From a virus (Duplodnaviria > Heunggongvirae > Uroviricota > Caudoviricetes): a DNA stretch of 64,000 nucleotides. The translations under genes and the position numbers were made by a program. Below are positions 54,337 to 64,000 of this stretch, piece by piece. Location of the stretch: positions 32,001-96,000 of IMG/VR virus record IMGVR_UViG_2617271072_000004. One strand, written 5' to 3'. The notes below the pieces were generated by a model. That model did no database searches, was not told the DNA's origin, and worked only from the letters and a program-made list of their open reading frames with translations. The first letter of the stretch is position 1. Each line of letters starts with the position of its first letter.

Positions 54337-55116
54337 ATGAAATTATTTAATGTAATAACATTTTGTTGTGCTATTTTTGCTGGAAGCGCGATAGCTGATA
54401 ATAAATTGCCAGATTGGCTTTCTACCTCAAAGAAAGATTATGATTTAGTAAGGGCATTCTATTTGTCTGGATTTGCTTCGAAAGCAATGAACAATCAATT
54501 TGGTTATCATTTGCCATCTGAGTTGGTTAATGATTTTAAAGATAATGAATTTGCTGCTCAGGAAAAATGGAACACAATTCCAATTGTGTATGGTGAAATA
54601 AAATCCATAAGAATGGTGAATAATAAACCAATTGTAGAGTTATTTACTCCAGGGGAAAATGCAACGCCACTAAATTATATCAAATTGAAAATATTGGATT
54701 CAAAGCAAGACTCTCTGTTAAAACTAAAAAAAGGGGATGATATATATGCAGTGTGCTCAGGTGCTAATTTTAGCTTAGTGCCAATTCTGAGCAACTGCAC
54801 TCCTGCAACAGACGTCATTGATGCTGCACTCTCTTTTTCTGGTGAATATATGTTCCCTGCTTTTGATTCTTTTTCGCCTACTAAGCAAAACGTCAAATAT
54901 ATATTCACAAATCAAGATCCTGTTCAGATGATGAATTTTATAGGGTACCTATCCTTAGTCGATACAACGAAGGATAAGAAAAAAATGGATATGGTTCGTA
55001 AGTGTACGCCTTGGAAGCCGGAATGTTCACAACAATTCGTTGATGTAATGGAAGGATTTGATAGCATCATGTATAAATATGAGGGAGAATTTAAAAATTA
55101 CATAGAATTAAAATAG
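54337..55116 (+). CDS. secreted/periplasmic protein (259 aa), AT-rich
   Basis: signal peptide MKLFNVITFCCAIFAGSAIA; AT-rich codon usage unlike flanking phage genes. Confidence 0.65.
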   Translation: MKLFNVITFCCAIFAGSAIADNKLPDWLSTSKKDYDLVRAFYLSGFASKAMNNQFGYHLPSELVNDFKDNEFAAQEKWNTIPIVYGEIKSIRMVNNKPIVELFTPGENATPLNYIKLKILDSKQDSLLKLKKGDDIYAVCSGANFSLVPILSNCTPATDVIDAALSFSGEYMFPAFDSFSPTKQNVKYIFTNQDPVQMMNFIGYLSLVDTTKDKKKMDMVRKCTPWKPECSQQFVDVMEGFDSIMYKYEGEFKNYIELK

Positions 55117-55144
55117 TATTTGAAAGGATAGTCAATTTAAGTTT

Positions 55145-55176
55145 AAAAAAAACGCCCATTAAAGGGCGTTTTTATT
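55145..55176 (+). terminator. rho-independent terminator
   Basis: ACGCCC-ATTAAA-GGGCGT followed by T5. Confidence 0.75.
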
Positions 55177-55286
55177 GTTTTACTCAAAACAACCTGATTA
55201 TGTGATAACCATATCATATCCCTCATTCCACCTACACTGATTACCCCCCAGACAACAATATTCCTACTCAATGAACAAATGACTAC

Positions 55287-55893
<607 letters not shown>

Positions 55894-55903
55894 GGGGGCT
55901 GAT

Positions 55904-56515
55904 ATGGGGCTTAATGTTGCTTCAGTAAAGTCTTATGTATCTTCGGCATTAACGACGACATTATTTGGCTCCGGCGTTGGTGAGCGGGAAGTTGGTAAGC
56001 TGACGTCAATCATCATGAACAAAATGCTGTTCGCGCAAGGATGGCAGTTCTCTGTCGAAGTTGATGGTCTGGAGGGGGCAGACTTCTTTGCTAAAGACAT
56101 TACCTACCACGATTACAGCATCGAATATGAAACGATTAAAATCGGCGGAGGGAATATCCTTCAACCAACGGAGCGTTCGCCAGGGCAGATAACAATGATG
56201 GTCAGGGATACCGTTGATGGCCTCGTTTTGGACTGGTTTAAGACGGCAAAAAGTCGGGTGATTAATCCAGACGGTACCGGGAATATACCGTCTAAATATT
56301 TGCTCAATGTGCGTATTTATCGGTTGCTGTCTTCCGGCTTAACCAAACTGGAAAATGAGATGACTGTATTCCCGGTCACTACCGGCGATGTCACCTATGC
56401 GCGGGATCAGGTTACGGAATTTAAGTCATTCCCAATGACCTTCGCATTGCACAGCACGTTTAACCAATCCTCAAGTTCTTTGGCTTCCCTTCTGGGCTTT
56501 AGTTTTTCTCTTTGA
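55904..56515 (+). CDS. putative tail protein (203 aa)
   Basis: operon context. Confidence 0.55.
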   Translation: MGLNVASVKSYVSSALTTTLFGSGVGEREVGKLTSIIMNKMLFAQGWQFSVEVDGLEGADFFAKDITYHDYSIEYETIKIGGGNILQPTERSPGQITMMVRDTVDGLVLDWFKTAKSRVINPDGTGNIPSKYLLNVRIYRLLSSGLTKLENEMTVFPVTTGDVTYARDQVTEFKSFPMTFALHSTFNQSSSSLASLLGFSFSL

Positions 56516-56529
56516 ATTAAGGAGCAAGG

Positions 56530-57468
56530 ATGCTTTTACCCCTTTTCCCGCTACCATCGCGGCCAACTGAATTGATCCAGTTCCGTCAGCCAAATATTGC
56601 TGATGCGATGCGTTTCAACTCGATAACACCGGAGGAACAAGAACAACAGACAACGGCGTATTTAAAAGCCTTGCTGGCTGAACCCGCGAAACATGATCCC
56701 CTGACATGGACGGCGCAGGACCGGATTACCGCGTTATGGTGGATATTTACCGGCTCCCGTGAAACACCGGTCGAGACATTCACTTACACCTGTAAACATT
56801 GCGGTAAAGAGCATTATTACGATTGCGATATGAATGCTCTGGCTGAAGATATCCAGGTCCTGGAAGTGGAACCTTTCATTGACGATATTGAGGTGTCTGT
56901 AGAGGGAGTACCTTATCAATGGCGTATCGTGCCGCTTGATGGTTGGGCAATGGAAATGCTGGAGATGCGCCGTGCAGCATTGCCACCTGAAGACGACGCG
57001 GAATTCAAAGAAGCGATCGTTGATTTGCGTTTTTGGGAATTCGCTTATCAGTGTGAGCTTTATAACGATGTTAGCGGTACTCGTGAAGATCAGGCTGAGC
57101 GTCGTTATGAAACGATTAAACGGATGGCCATTGATACTGAATTTATGAAGCTGGCGGCACACATCCGACTGGCTCATGAAAAGCTCGAACATGGTTTACC
57201 GTGCTACATCGATAAAGGTGAAATGCGTCTTCGTCTCCCGCCGCATAAATGCCCAAATCAGGATAAAAAGGAGTCCACAGAGGGTGCGTATACCCGTCTG
57301 TGGGTGCCTTTCGGGCTACCGACTTCATTCCACAGGTGGGGATTGAAAAGCTATCAGACCTTAGTGTCCAACCTGGTTTTGTATGGGGGTATACCGATTC
57401 AGGACGCTGAAAGGCTTACTGAATCCTATGCGTTTTTTCCTGTTGGAGAAACTGGAAGAAAAACTTAA
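56530..57468 (+). CDS. putative tail protein (312 aa)
   Basis: operon context, upstream of sit. Confidence 0.55.
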   Translation: MLLPLFPLPSRPTELIQFRQPNIADAMRFNSITPEEQEQQTTAYLKALLAEPAKHDPLTWTAQDRITALWWIFTGSRETPVETFTYTCKHCGKEHYYDCDMNALAEDIQVLEVEPFIDDIEVSVEGVPYQWRIVPLDGWAMEMLEMRRAALPPEDDAEFKEAIVDLRFWEFAYQCELYNDVSGTREDQAERRYETIKRMAIDTEFMKLAAHIRLAHEKLEHGLPCYIDKGEMRLRLPPHKCPNQDKKESTEGAYTRLWVPFGLPTSFHRWGLKSYQTLVSNLVLYGGIPIQDAERLTESYAFFPVGETGRKT

Positions 57469-57492
57469 ACCGAAACGGTAGGCGATAAGATC

Positions 57493-60400
57493 ATGGAAAG
57501 AAAAAAACGCCAACATTGACGATGTTATAAGGACAGTTGAAACCGCCAGTGCAAAAGAGCTGGAAGAGCTTGCAGGTATCCGGGAAGCTGTTGAAGATTT
57601 GAAAGGGGGACGCGTTGCAACTGTTGATCCTGTCTCTCGCAGTGTGTCGGCATTAAATCGCACAATCGAAAATTCCCGGCCAGACTTTGTGGCCAATGCG
57701 CCATCAGTGGACCCTATTGTTGAGGCAATGAAACGGCTTAATTTAGGGGACGTTTCTCGTGTAGTTCAGGAAGATGTTGCTCAACAGGAACAGCGGGCCA
57801 AATCAACCACACCAAAGGGTAAAAAACGACGCAGGAAGGCTATACCAGAGGATGTAAAGGCACAACGGACCGAAGCAGCCGAACACGCTCGCGAAATGTT
57901 CGGTCAAAAAGGCGGTGCGCAAAAAAGCCAAAACCAACGCGATGCGCGTGGTCGTTTTTATTGGAAAGTCAGGGAGTAAGGCCGCAGCGGAAGATGCCCG
58001 TGCTGAACGAGCAGAAAAGGCCAGGCGAAAAGAGGATGATGAGCGTCTAAATGCTGAATCAGGTTTATTAAAAAAACTGTCAAAAGTAGCTGAAGGCATA
58101 GGTAACCCTTCAGAGACTCGTGCTGTCGATGCGTTAGGTTATGCCGTTGCAGGTCCATTGTGGGCAGCAGGGAAGGAGCTTGGCGGGATATCAAAAGAAG
58201 TTGGCGGATCGCTTAATGGTGCCAGAAAGTCTATTGCCGATGTGATTCGTGGCAATGACGATAACAGCCGTAGAAAAGGTTTTTTTAGGCGTAAATCGCA
58301 AAATAGTGCCGATGTCGTTCAGGTTAACACCCAAAAACGGACGGTTCAGGAACTTCAGGAGCAGACCAGCGAAATTAAAGAGGGCAATGACAAGATTCTC
58401 AGCGCCCTTGATCAGATAGCCAAAAACACCGGGAAAAAGAAGGGCGGCTTGCTGTCCAAACTATTTAGCCTGTTAGGGAAGGGGGCCGGTGGCGTCGCGT
58501 CGTTGTTAATGGGGCGTGGCATGCTGAAAAAAGCTGGAGCACTCGCTTTTGGCGCTCTGGGGGCAAAGAAACTTGTAGGAATGCTACGCGGTGGTGGCAA
58601 GAAGACTCTCGCTCATGAAGGCGGAGATTTGGCTGCCCGGGCAGCAGGTAAACTTGGATTAAAGGCAGTTGGTAAAGGGGCGTTACGCGCAATTCCCCTA
58701 GTCGGCACAGTGGCTGGAGGTATTTATGATGCGGTAACCGGTTGGAATGATACAGAAGCGCAACGTCGAGCGTTTTGGGCTTAAATCAGGACAAGATCCA
58801 TCATTCCAGCAAAAAGCCGCTTATACGTTAGCCAATGTTCTTGATTTGGGGGGACTGGTATCTGGTATTAGCAGTGCTATTGGTGATGTTCTCAAATCAC
58901 TTGGATTTGAGGATATCGGCAATATGTTGCAATCATTTTCGACGGAAAGTATTGCCCAGGCCATTGATAGCGGGGTTACCAACTTAGAAACATATATTTC
59001 TAACCTTGGCGACACCATTTCTACCAAGTTCGATGATTACACAGCAAAGATTGGTGATGCTGTTTCAGCATGGTTTAGCGATACATCTAATAAGTTGCTT
59101 GAAAAGCTGGATGCCATAAAAGACTTCTTTACTGTCGATAACCTGAAACAGGTTTTCAGTGATGCAATTGATAGTGCAATTGACTTCATTAAGAACCCAG
59201 GGAAACACATTAAAGAGGCGGCTGGTAATATTTGGGATGGGGTTAAAAATTTACCCGGTAAAGCATTAGATGCAGCGGTTGATGCCGTTAAAAATACCCC
59301 TGCGGCAATGATTGTATCAAAAATACCCAATCCGATCGGCGAGGCTAATGCAAAAGAAATCACTCCAGAGTTAAAAGCTCCGGTTAATAGCCACCAGGAG
59401 ACATCTGATTCTAAAACTGAATCCGATGCTAAACAGACTAATATTGCTACCCGCGTGATAAATGCGGCACTGGACACGGCGAAAGATAGCAATAAAACAG
59501 TTAAAGAAACTGCCAATCAGATTATCAATGCAAATGCCGTAGAAACGGGCAATAGCGCGGTGCGGAAAATTGATTCAGCTATTGGACAAAATAGCTCGTC
59601 ATCATCGTCGCGTAATACCACCGGCACTGGGAATGACATTCAGAAAGCTGCTGATACCTACAATAATGGCAACTTAGATGTAAAAGTCGGAAGCTTGGCG
59701 CTGAAGGTAAGGCAAATCTCGATAAGTTAGCTCCGTATTTTGCTGAACTAGAGAATAAATATGGTCTTCCTGAAGGCACTCTTTACGCGATTGCTGCAAC
59801 TGAATCTGGTGGTAATCCATACGCAAAATCCCAAACTGGTGCTCTAGGAATGTTTCAGTTCACGGGCATTGCTCGTGAAGAGACTGGCTTAGCTGAAGGT
59901 GAATCGTTTGATCCTGTGAAATCGGCAGAAGCTGCGGCTCTTCTCATGAGCAAGTATCTGAAGCAAGCCAATGGAGACTTAAACGAGGCCATCACTGCAT
60001 ATAACGCTGGGTTTGGCACTATTAATAAGTGGAAAAAAGGCACCGGTGACTTATCGAAGGAAAACCGTGAGTACGCGATCAAGGTCAATACTCATCGTGC
60101 TCGCTATTTAGGTGGTGAAATCTATACACCTGGGGCAGGAGCACAGGGTGGGGCGCAATATGGAGTGAGGGGACAACTGCCTGATAACGCCGTTATCGAT
60201 CAGTCTACTGGTCTGGCGTTTACCCCTGGTGATAGCCCGTTTGAGAAAGGCGGTCTGGTAGACAAAATCGGCAATGCTGTTGGCGTTAACGATCTGGTCA
60301 ACAAATTCATGAATGGCCGGGGTATGCGTCGGGAAGTCGTTCAGGGAACGCTCGAAGAACGTGCACGAGGGAAGGGGACCGCAACAGCAGCTGGCAATGT

Positions 60401-60887
60401 GTATGTTGATACTCCGATGCCAGTTGAAGAGGCGCGTCCGGTGGCCAGCAACTCAAGTTACTTTGACCAACTCGGCGCACAAATGGGGATTGATGGACTA
60501 TTCGATAAACTCCGCAACTCGCCGGGGATGCGGAAAAATAATGCGCCTGAACCAGCCTCCACGTCCCAGGTGACGACTGCCGCCAACGATTTGCAGCAAC
60601 CAACCGGTCGTATGCAGATAGACGGGCAGGTTATTAGTGACCTTGGCGGTTCCGGTGCCAAGCCGACAATGCAGTTGGCTGATAATACCGTTTCACTTGA
60701 TGGTGAAACGAAGCGGCTGTTTGCGCAGATGACCTCATTGCTTGCCAGGATTGAAGAGCACACCAAAGACTCGGCGAAAGGCCAGGGAACTGTCGTAAAG
60801 GTCAGCACGCCTCAGCCGGGCGTTATGCGCACGGTACCACTGTCAATTGATGATCCGTTGATGAATGACTACGCGAGAGTTGATTGA
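57493..60887 (+). CDS. sit: Sit-like tape-measure/injection transglycosylase (about 1130 aa), frame interrupted at four sites
   Basis: Gly/Lys-rich tape-measure segment plus soluble lytic transglycosylase motif AATESGGNPYAKSQTGALGMFQF; frame breaks at A7 57501-57507, A6 57919-57924, T4 58773-58776 and about 59697-59710. Confidence 0.75.
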
Positions 60888-61243
60888 TGGCCAACAATAA
60901 CGAAATTGATCCTTTGCTGACGCTGGAGTTATCCGGCGTAAAAACGTATGAGTCCCAGGAGGAGGCCTGGGGCGCTCGTTTATATGAGTGGCTAAACACT
61001 TATCAGGGTGAGGTATACGGAGATCCGTCATGGGGCAATGTTTTACCGCAGTTTAAACACGAACCGACCAACTTGTCGCATGTTCAAATTGCGGTTGAGG
61101 CAATGCTGTTGCAAAAACTGACGGTAGATTTACCTGACATACCGATTTCTGGCTTGTCAGTAGCCGAGGGAGATGCTTTTGATAAGTTGAAAATATCCAT
61201 TCGTATCATGGATATAACTATCACACAGGACGTGGTGCTATGA
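60884..61243 (+). CDS. baseplate wedge protein, gp25/gpW-like (119 aa)
   Basis: GEVYGDPSWG motif resembling the gp25-like family; coupled to sit. Confidence 0.55.
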   Translation: MMANNNEIDPLLTLELSGVKTYESQEEAWGARLYEWLNTYQGEVYGDPSWGNVLPQFKHEPTNLSHVQIAVEAMLLQKLTVDLPDIPISGLSVAEGDAFDKLKISIRIMDITITQDVVL

Positions 61244-62673
61244 GTAAAACAACACCGACTAAAGACAGTATTCGTGCAGAGTTTGAAGAGCTTGTCGAGA
61301 AAGATTCATTCTGGTCGAAGTTTGTCGGCTCTCAATTTGTCTCGATGCTGACATTGTTTATTACCCAGATTGTCTACAGGTGCTTTCAGTATGCCGATGC
61401 GGCACTGGCTGAAGGCTTTATATCGACCGCGACGCGGCGTTCCTCTATCCTGGCAGCGGCAGAAACGAATAGTTACGTTGGTACCAAGCCAACACCGTCA
61501 TCCGGGATGGTTGAGATCACAGCCACAAGTGAAGATGCTCCAGCGGTAATCCCCAAAAACACGCCTTTAATATCTGACGACCAGTACCCTTACATGACTA
61601 TGGATGTATGCAGGTTGGTTGACGGCACCGGTACGGTAGAAGTGGCACAGTTGGAAATCCAGGAGGTGACATATACCGTTACGGCAGCCAAAGAATTTCT
61701 GGAAGTCGTGTTATCAAAGGCTCTCACTGCTGTCTGCTATAAGCTGGAAGTATTCGTGACGACCGATGGTAAGACCACGCAGTGGTCTTCCAGCACAATG
61801 TTCCGGTTAGCTGGTAGTAAAAGCCAGGTCTACGTTGAGTTTTATAAACCATCCGAACAGTTGGGTGTTCGATTCGGCGATGGGCTAATTGGGCAAATAC
61901 CGCCAGAAGGCTCGACAATTACGCTTAAGGTATGGTGCACCAACGGCGATATAACCCTGGTTGCTGGCCAAAACCTGACGCCTGTCGATTCTGCGGCTAA
62001 TTTAGCTAATTTGATTTCAGTTAAGACAACGACACCTATAACCGCAGGTACCGATGCTGAAACAACGGAGATCACACGTAACCGTGCACAATATTACCTT
62101 GCCTATGATGATCAGGTTGTATGGGGCGGGGACTATACGTATTTTCTGGTTCGTAACATCCCGGGGCTGTCCTGGGTAAAGGCATGGGGCGAAGGCCAGC
62201 AAGAGAAATTAGATGGTGCTTATAATGTTCAGAATATCAATAAGATATTTATTTCAGGATGGCATCCAAATAAAAGCCAGTCAGAGCTTGAAGAAATGAT
62301 CCTGACTGCCTTTAAGAAGGTACCGAATGAACTGAACAAGAAATTCTCTTATAAAGAGGTCAGAAAACTACCATTTAAGATAACCATCACCGGACGGATA
62401 TCGGCAAGCCTGACCATTGAGAACGTGACCGATGAGCTGAAGTCGGCACTGGAAACAAAATTTGGGCGCGACTCAACTTTCTTTGATCCGAACCGCGTCG
62501 GAAAGTACATCCTGATTAAGAAAAAAGACGTTTGGGCGTTTATCGAAACGTTGGGCTATTTCCGCGACTTTTATCTGGAGTTTGTCGAGTGGAATGAGTC
62601 CAACGGCTTTTACGATTTCGTTTATCTGGATACAGGAAACTCCACCTTCAATATTTCGTATGAGGAGGAGTGA
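61240..62673 (+). CDS. putative baseplate J-like protein (477 aa)
   Basis: position after the gp25-like gene; size. Confidence 0.5.
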   Translation: MSKTTPTKDSIRAEFEELVEKDSFWSKFVGSQFVSMLTLFITQIVYRCFQYADAALAEGFISTATRRSSILAAAETNSYVGTKPTPSSGMVEITATSEDAPAVIPKNTPLISDDQYPYMTMDVCRLVDGTGTVEVAQLEIQEVTYTVTAAKEFLEVVLSKALTAVCYKLEVFVTTDGKTTQWSSSTMFRLAGSKSQVYVEFYKPSEQLGVRFGDGLIGQIPPEGSTITLKVWCTNGDITLVAGQNLTPVDSAANLANLISVKTTTPITAGTDAETTEITRNRAQYYLAYDDQVVWGGDYTYFLVRNIPGLSWVKAWGEGQQEKLDGAYNVQNINKIFISGWHPNKSQSELEEMILTAFKKVPNELNKKFSYKEVRKLPFKITITGRISASLTIENVTDELKSALETKFGRDSTFFDPNRVGKYILIKKKDVWAFIETLGYFRDFYLEFVEWNESNGFYDFVYLDTGNSTFNISYEEE

Positions 62674-63062
62674 TGCAACGTTCCTGGTTTAATAACCGGC
62701 TTACATCAGCTAAGCAAAAGTCATTGCTCTATAAATCATTGGCTGATTTGGTTCAGTCAATGATGGACACCTTTGTTGACCCATGGTTGGAGCGAATTAC
62801 CAACCGGAAGTCTATTTTCTCCATGAGCAAGGAGGATCTGGAGACCAGGACAAATGAACTTGGCCAGTTTTTTACTATCAGAACGTCGAATTCATCTTCC
62901 GTTCCGATGTTGTTACAACAGCGGTTTGATGAGATCCATTTTAAGGGTACTGAACGCCCTATAAACCAGACAATTTATCGCGAATTTAACGGTATATCGG
63001 TTTATGGGATCCCATATATGCTCCGGTGGACTTTGAACGTCATCCCTATGGCACGGTCCTGA
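62670..63062 (+). CDS. putative baseplate/tail fiber assembly protein (130 aa)
   Basis: operon context; may be continuous with the next ORF. Confidence 0.45.
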   Translation: MMQRSWFNNRLTSAKQKSLLYKSLADLVQSMMDTFVDPWLERITNRKSIFSMSKEDLETRTNELGQFFTIRTSNSSSVPMLLQQRFDEIHFKGTERPINQTIYREFNGISVYGIPYMLRWTLNVIPMARS

Positions 63063-63508
63063 TTCCAGAAAGCACACTGGAAACCACCGGCGGCACATTC
63101 GGTGAGATGTTTCTGACTTCCAGAGGAATGATCAGTATTCCCATAAACGACCTGGCCCGGACAATGGGTATTACTGGAACGATAGATCAGTCCGCAATTA
63201 CAGAAGAAATTCTCAGAAAGTTTAATCAGTTCGTAAAGCCTCTACTGCCACTGCATATAGTGTTTGATGGGCTTACGCTCTATTTGTCGGTTGTTGTAAA
63301 TGAACAGGCCGACATGATCACTTTGAATGAGATTTCTGATACCGAAAAAGCATTCTGCTGGTTTGAAACTTCGGATACAACTTCGCTTACTGAAGTTACG
63401 TCGATTAACGCCCCGATCACTGCAACGCCGGGCGGCACTATTGTGAAAGCAACGCCTACGTTTGATCGCACCCGCGCAGATGATTTGCTGTTGGATAGCG
63501 ATGCGTGA
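63026..63508 (+). CDS. putative baseplate/tail protein (160 aa, GTG start)
   Basis: operon context. Confidence 0.45.
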   Translation: MDFERHPYGTVLIPESTLETTGGTFGEMFLTSRGMISIPINDLARTMGITGTIDQSAITEEILRKFNQFVKPLLPLHIVFDGLTLYLSVVVNEQADMITLNEISDTEKAFCWFETSDTTSLTEVTSINAPITATPGGTIVKATPTFDRTRADDLLLDSDA

Positions 63509-63586
63509 CAATCACCCCGTCCGCAGGGCGGGGTGACAAGTTACTTATCTTACAATGAGGCTTCACAACATTGATTAGGGAAAATC

Positions 63587-64000
63587 ATGTCTGACGTCTC
63601 AACAAACCTCTATAAGAGTCAGTTGTTGGACTATTACTATCAGCGGCGCGCTGAATCGTCCATTAACAAAGGCTCTCGATTTTTAATCAGCAAGGCCGTT
63701 TTCGGTACCAGTTCACTGGTTACTAAGAAAGGAGATGGCACTTATGAGATTGGAGAACTGCCAAAGGCTTTCGATCTGGCAGAACTGACCAGTCAATTTT
63801 GCACCATCAACCTCGTTCCAACCTACTCAGGCGGGATAATTACTGTCCGAATGGACCTTGATCAAAGTCAGTTGCAGGAAGGGAAAAACTACCCATTCAA
63901 CACTCTGGTTGTTCTGGATAACGAGAATAAGCCAATCGCCATTATTTGTGTCCAAGAAGACTCGCTGTATGTGGGCAAAACATATACCGCAGTTATGGCC
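63587..64000 (+). CDS. putative tail fiber or baseplate protein, 5' part (continues beyond the window)
   Basis: ATG with AGGG ribosome-binding site; open to the window end. Confidence 0.5.
   Translation, partial: MSDVSTNLYKSQLLDYYYQRRAESSINKGSRFLISKAVFGTSSLVTKKGDGTYEIGELPKAFDLAELTSQFCTINLVPTYSGGIITVRMDLDQSQLQEGKNYPFNTLVVLDNENKPIAIICVQEDSLYVGKTYTAVMA

Noticed and set aside
53858-55116. AT-rich secreted-protein genes as direct equivalents of P1 simA/B/C
   Set aside because: As I recall, sim is co-directional with c4 and upstream of it, whereas these genes are divergent from the c4/icd/ant unit; sequence identity cannot be checked without a search, so this is kept only as a candidate.

Overview
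The 64-kb window is a P1-like temperate phage-plasmid, read in reverse orientation relative to the conventional P1 map and starting about 220 bp from loxP. Gene identities come from sequence motifs and recalled P1 biology; no database search was run. Recognised: loxP; at least 12 C1-operator-like sites (ATTGCTCTAATAAATTT family); coi-c1; pacB-pacA with the Dam-hexamer pac site; lpa; phd-doc; humD with a LexA box; hot; ppp; a C1-controlled operon with tRNA-Asn, tRNA-Thr, a TerB-like gene, tRNA-Ile(CAU), ban and a glycosyltransferase; dmt; hrdC; an oriR-like origin with incC-like iterons, repA and incA-like iterons; parA-parB-parS; putative head, sheath and tube genes; repL, kilA-like, ant-like, icd-like and a c4-like region; tail and baseplate genes including sit. 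Many genes are split by single-base indels in A/T homopolymers (parA, ban, sit, ant, repL and others), most parsimoniously sequencing or assembly errors. Accessory candidates that may depart from canonical P1 are: a T5orf172-like gene between incA and the par operon; a PAPS-reductase plus ASCH-like operon behind a C1 operator; an AT-rich cassette of three secreted proteins beside the c4/icd/ant region; two glycosyltransferase-like genes; and a nested inverted-repeat array with tRNA-like fragments beside the tRNA genes. No complete, clearly novel defence system could be established from sequence alone.
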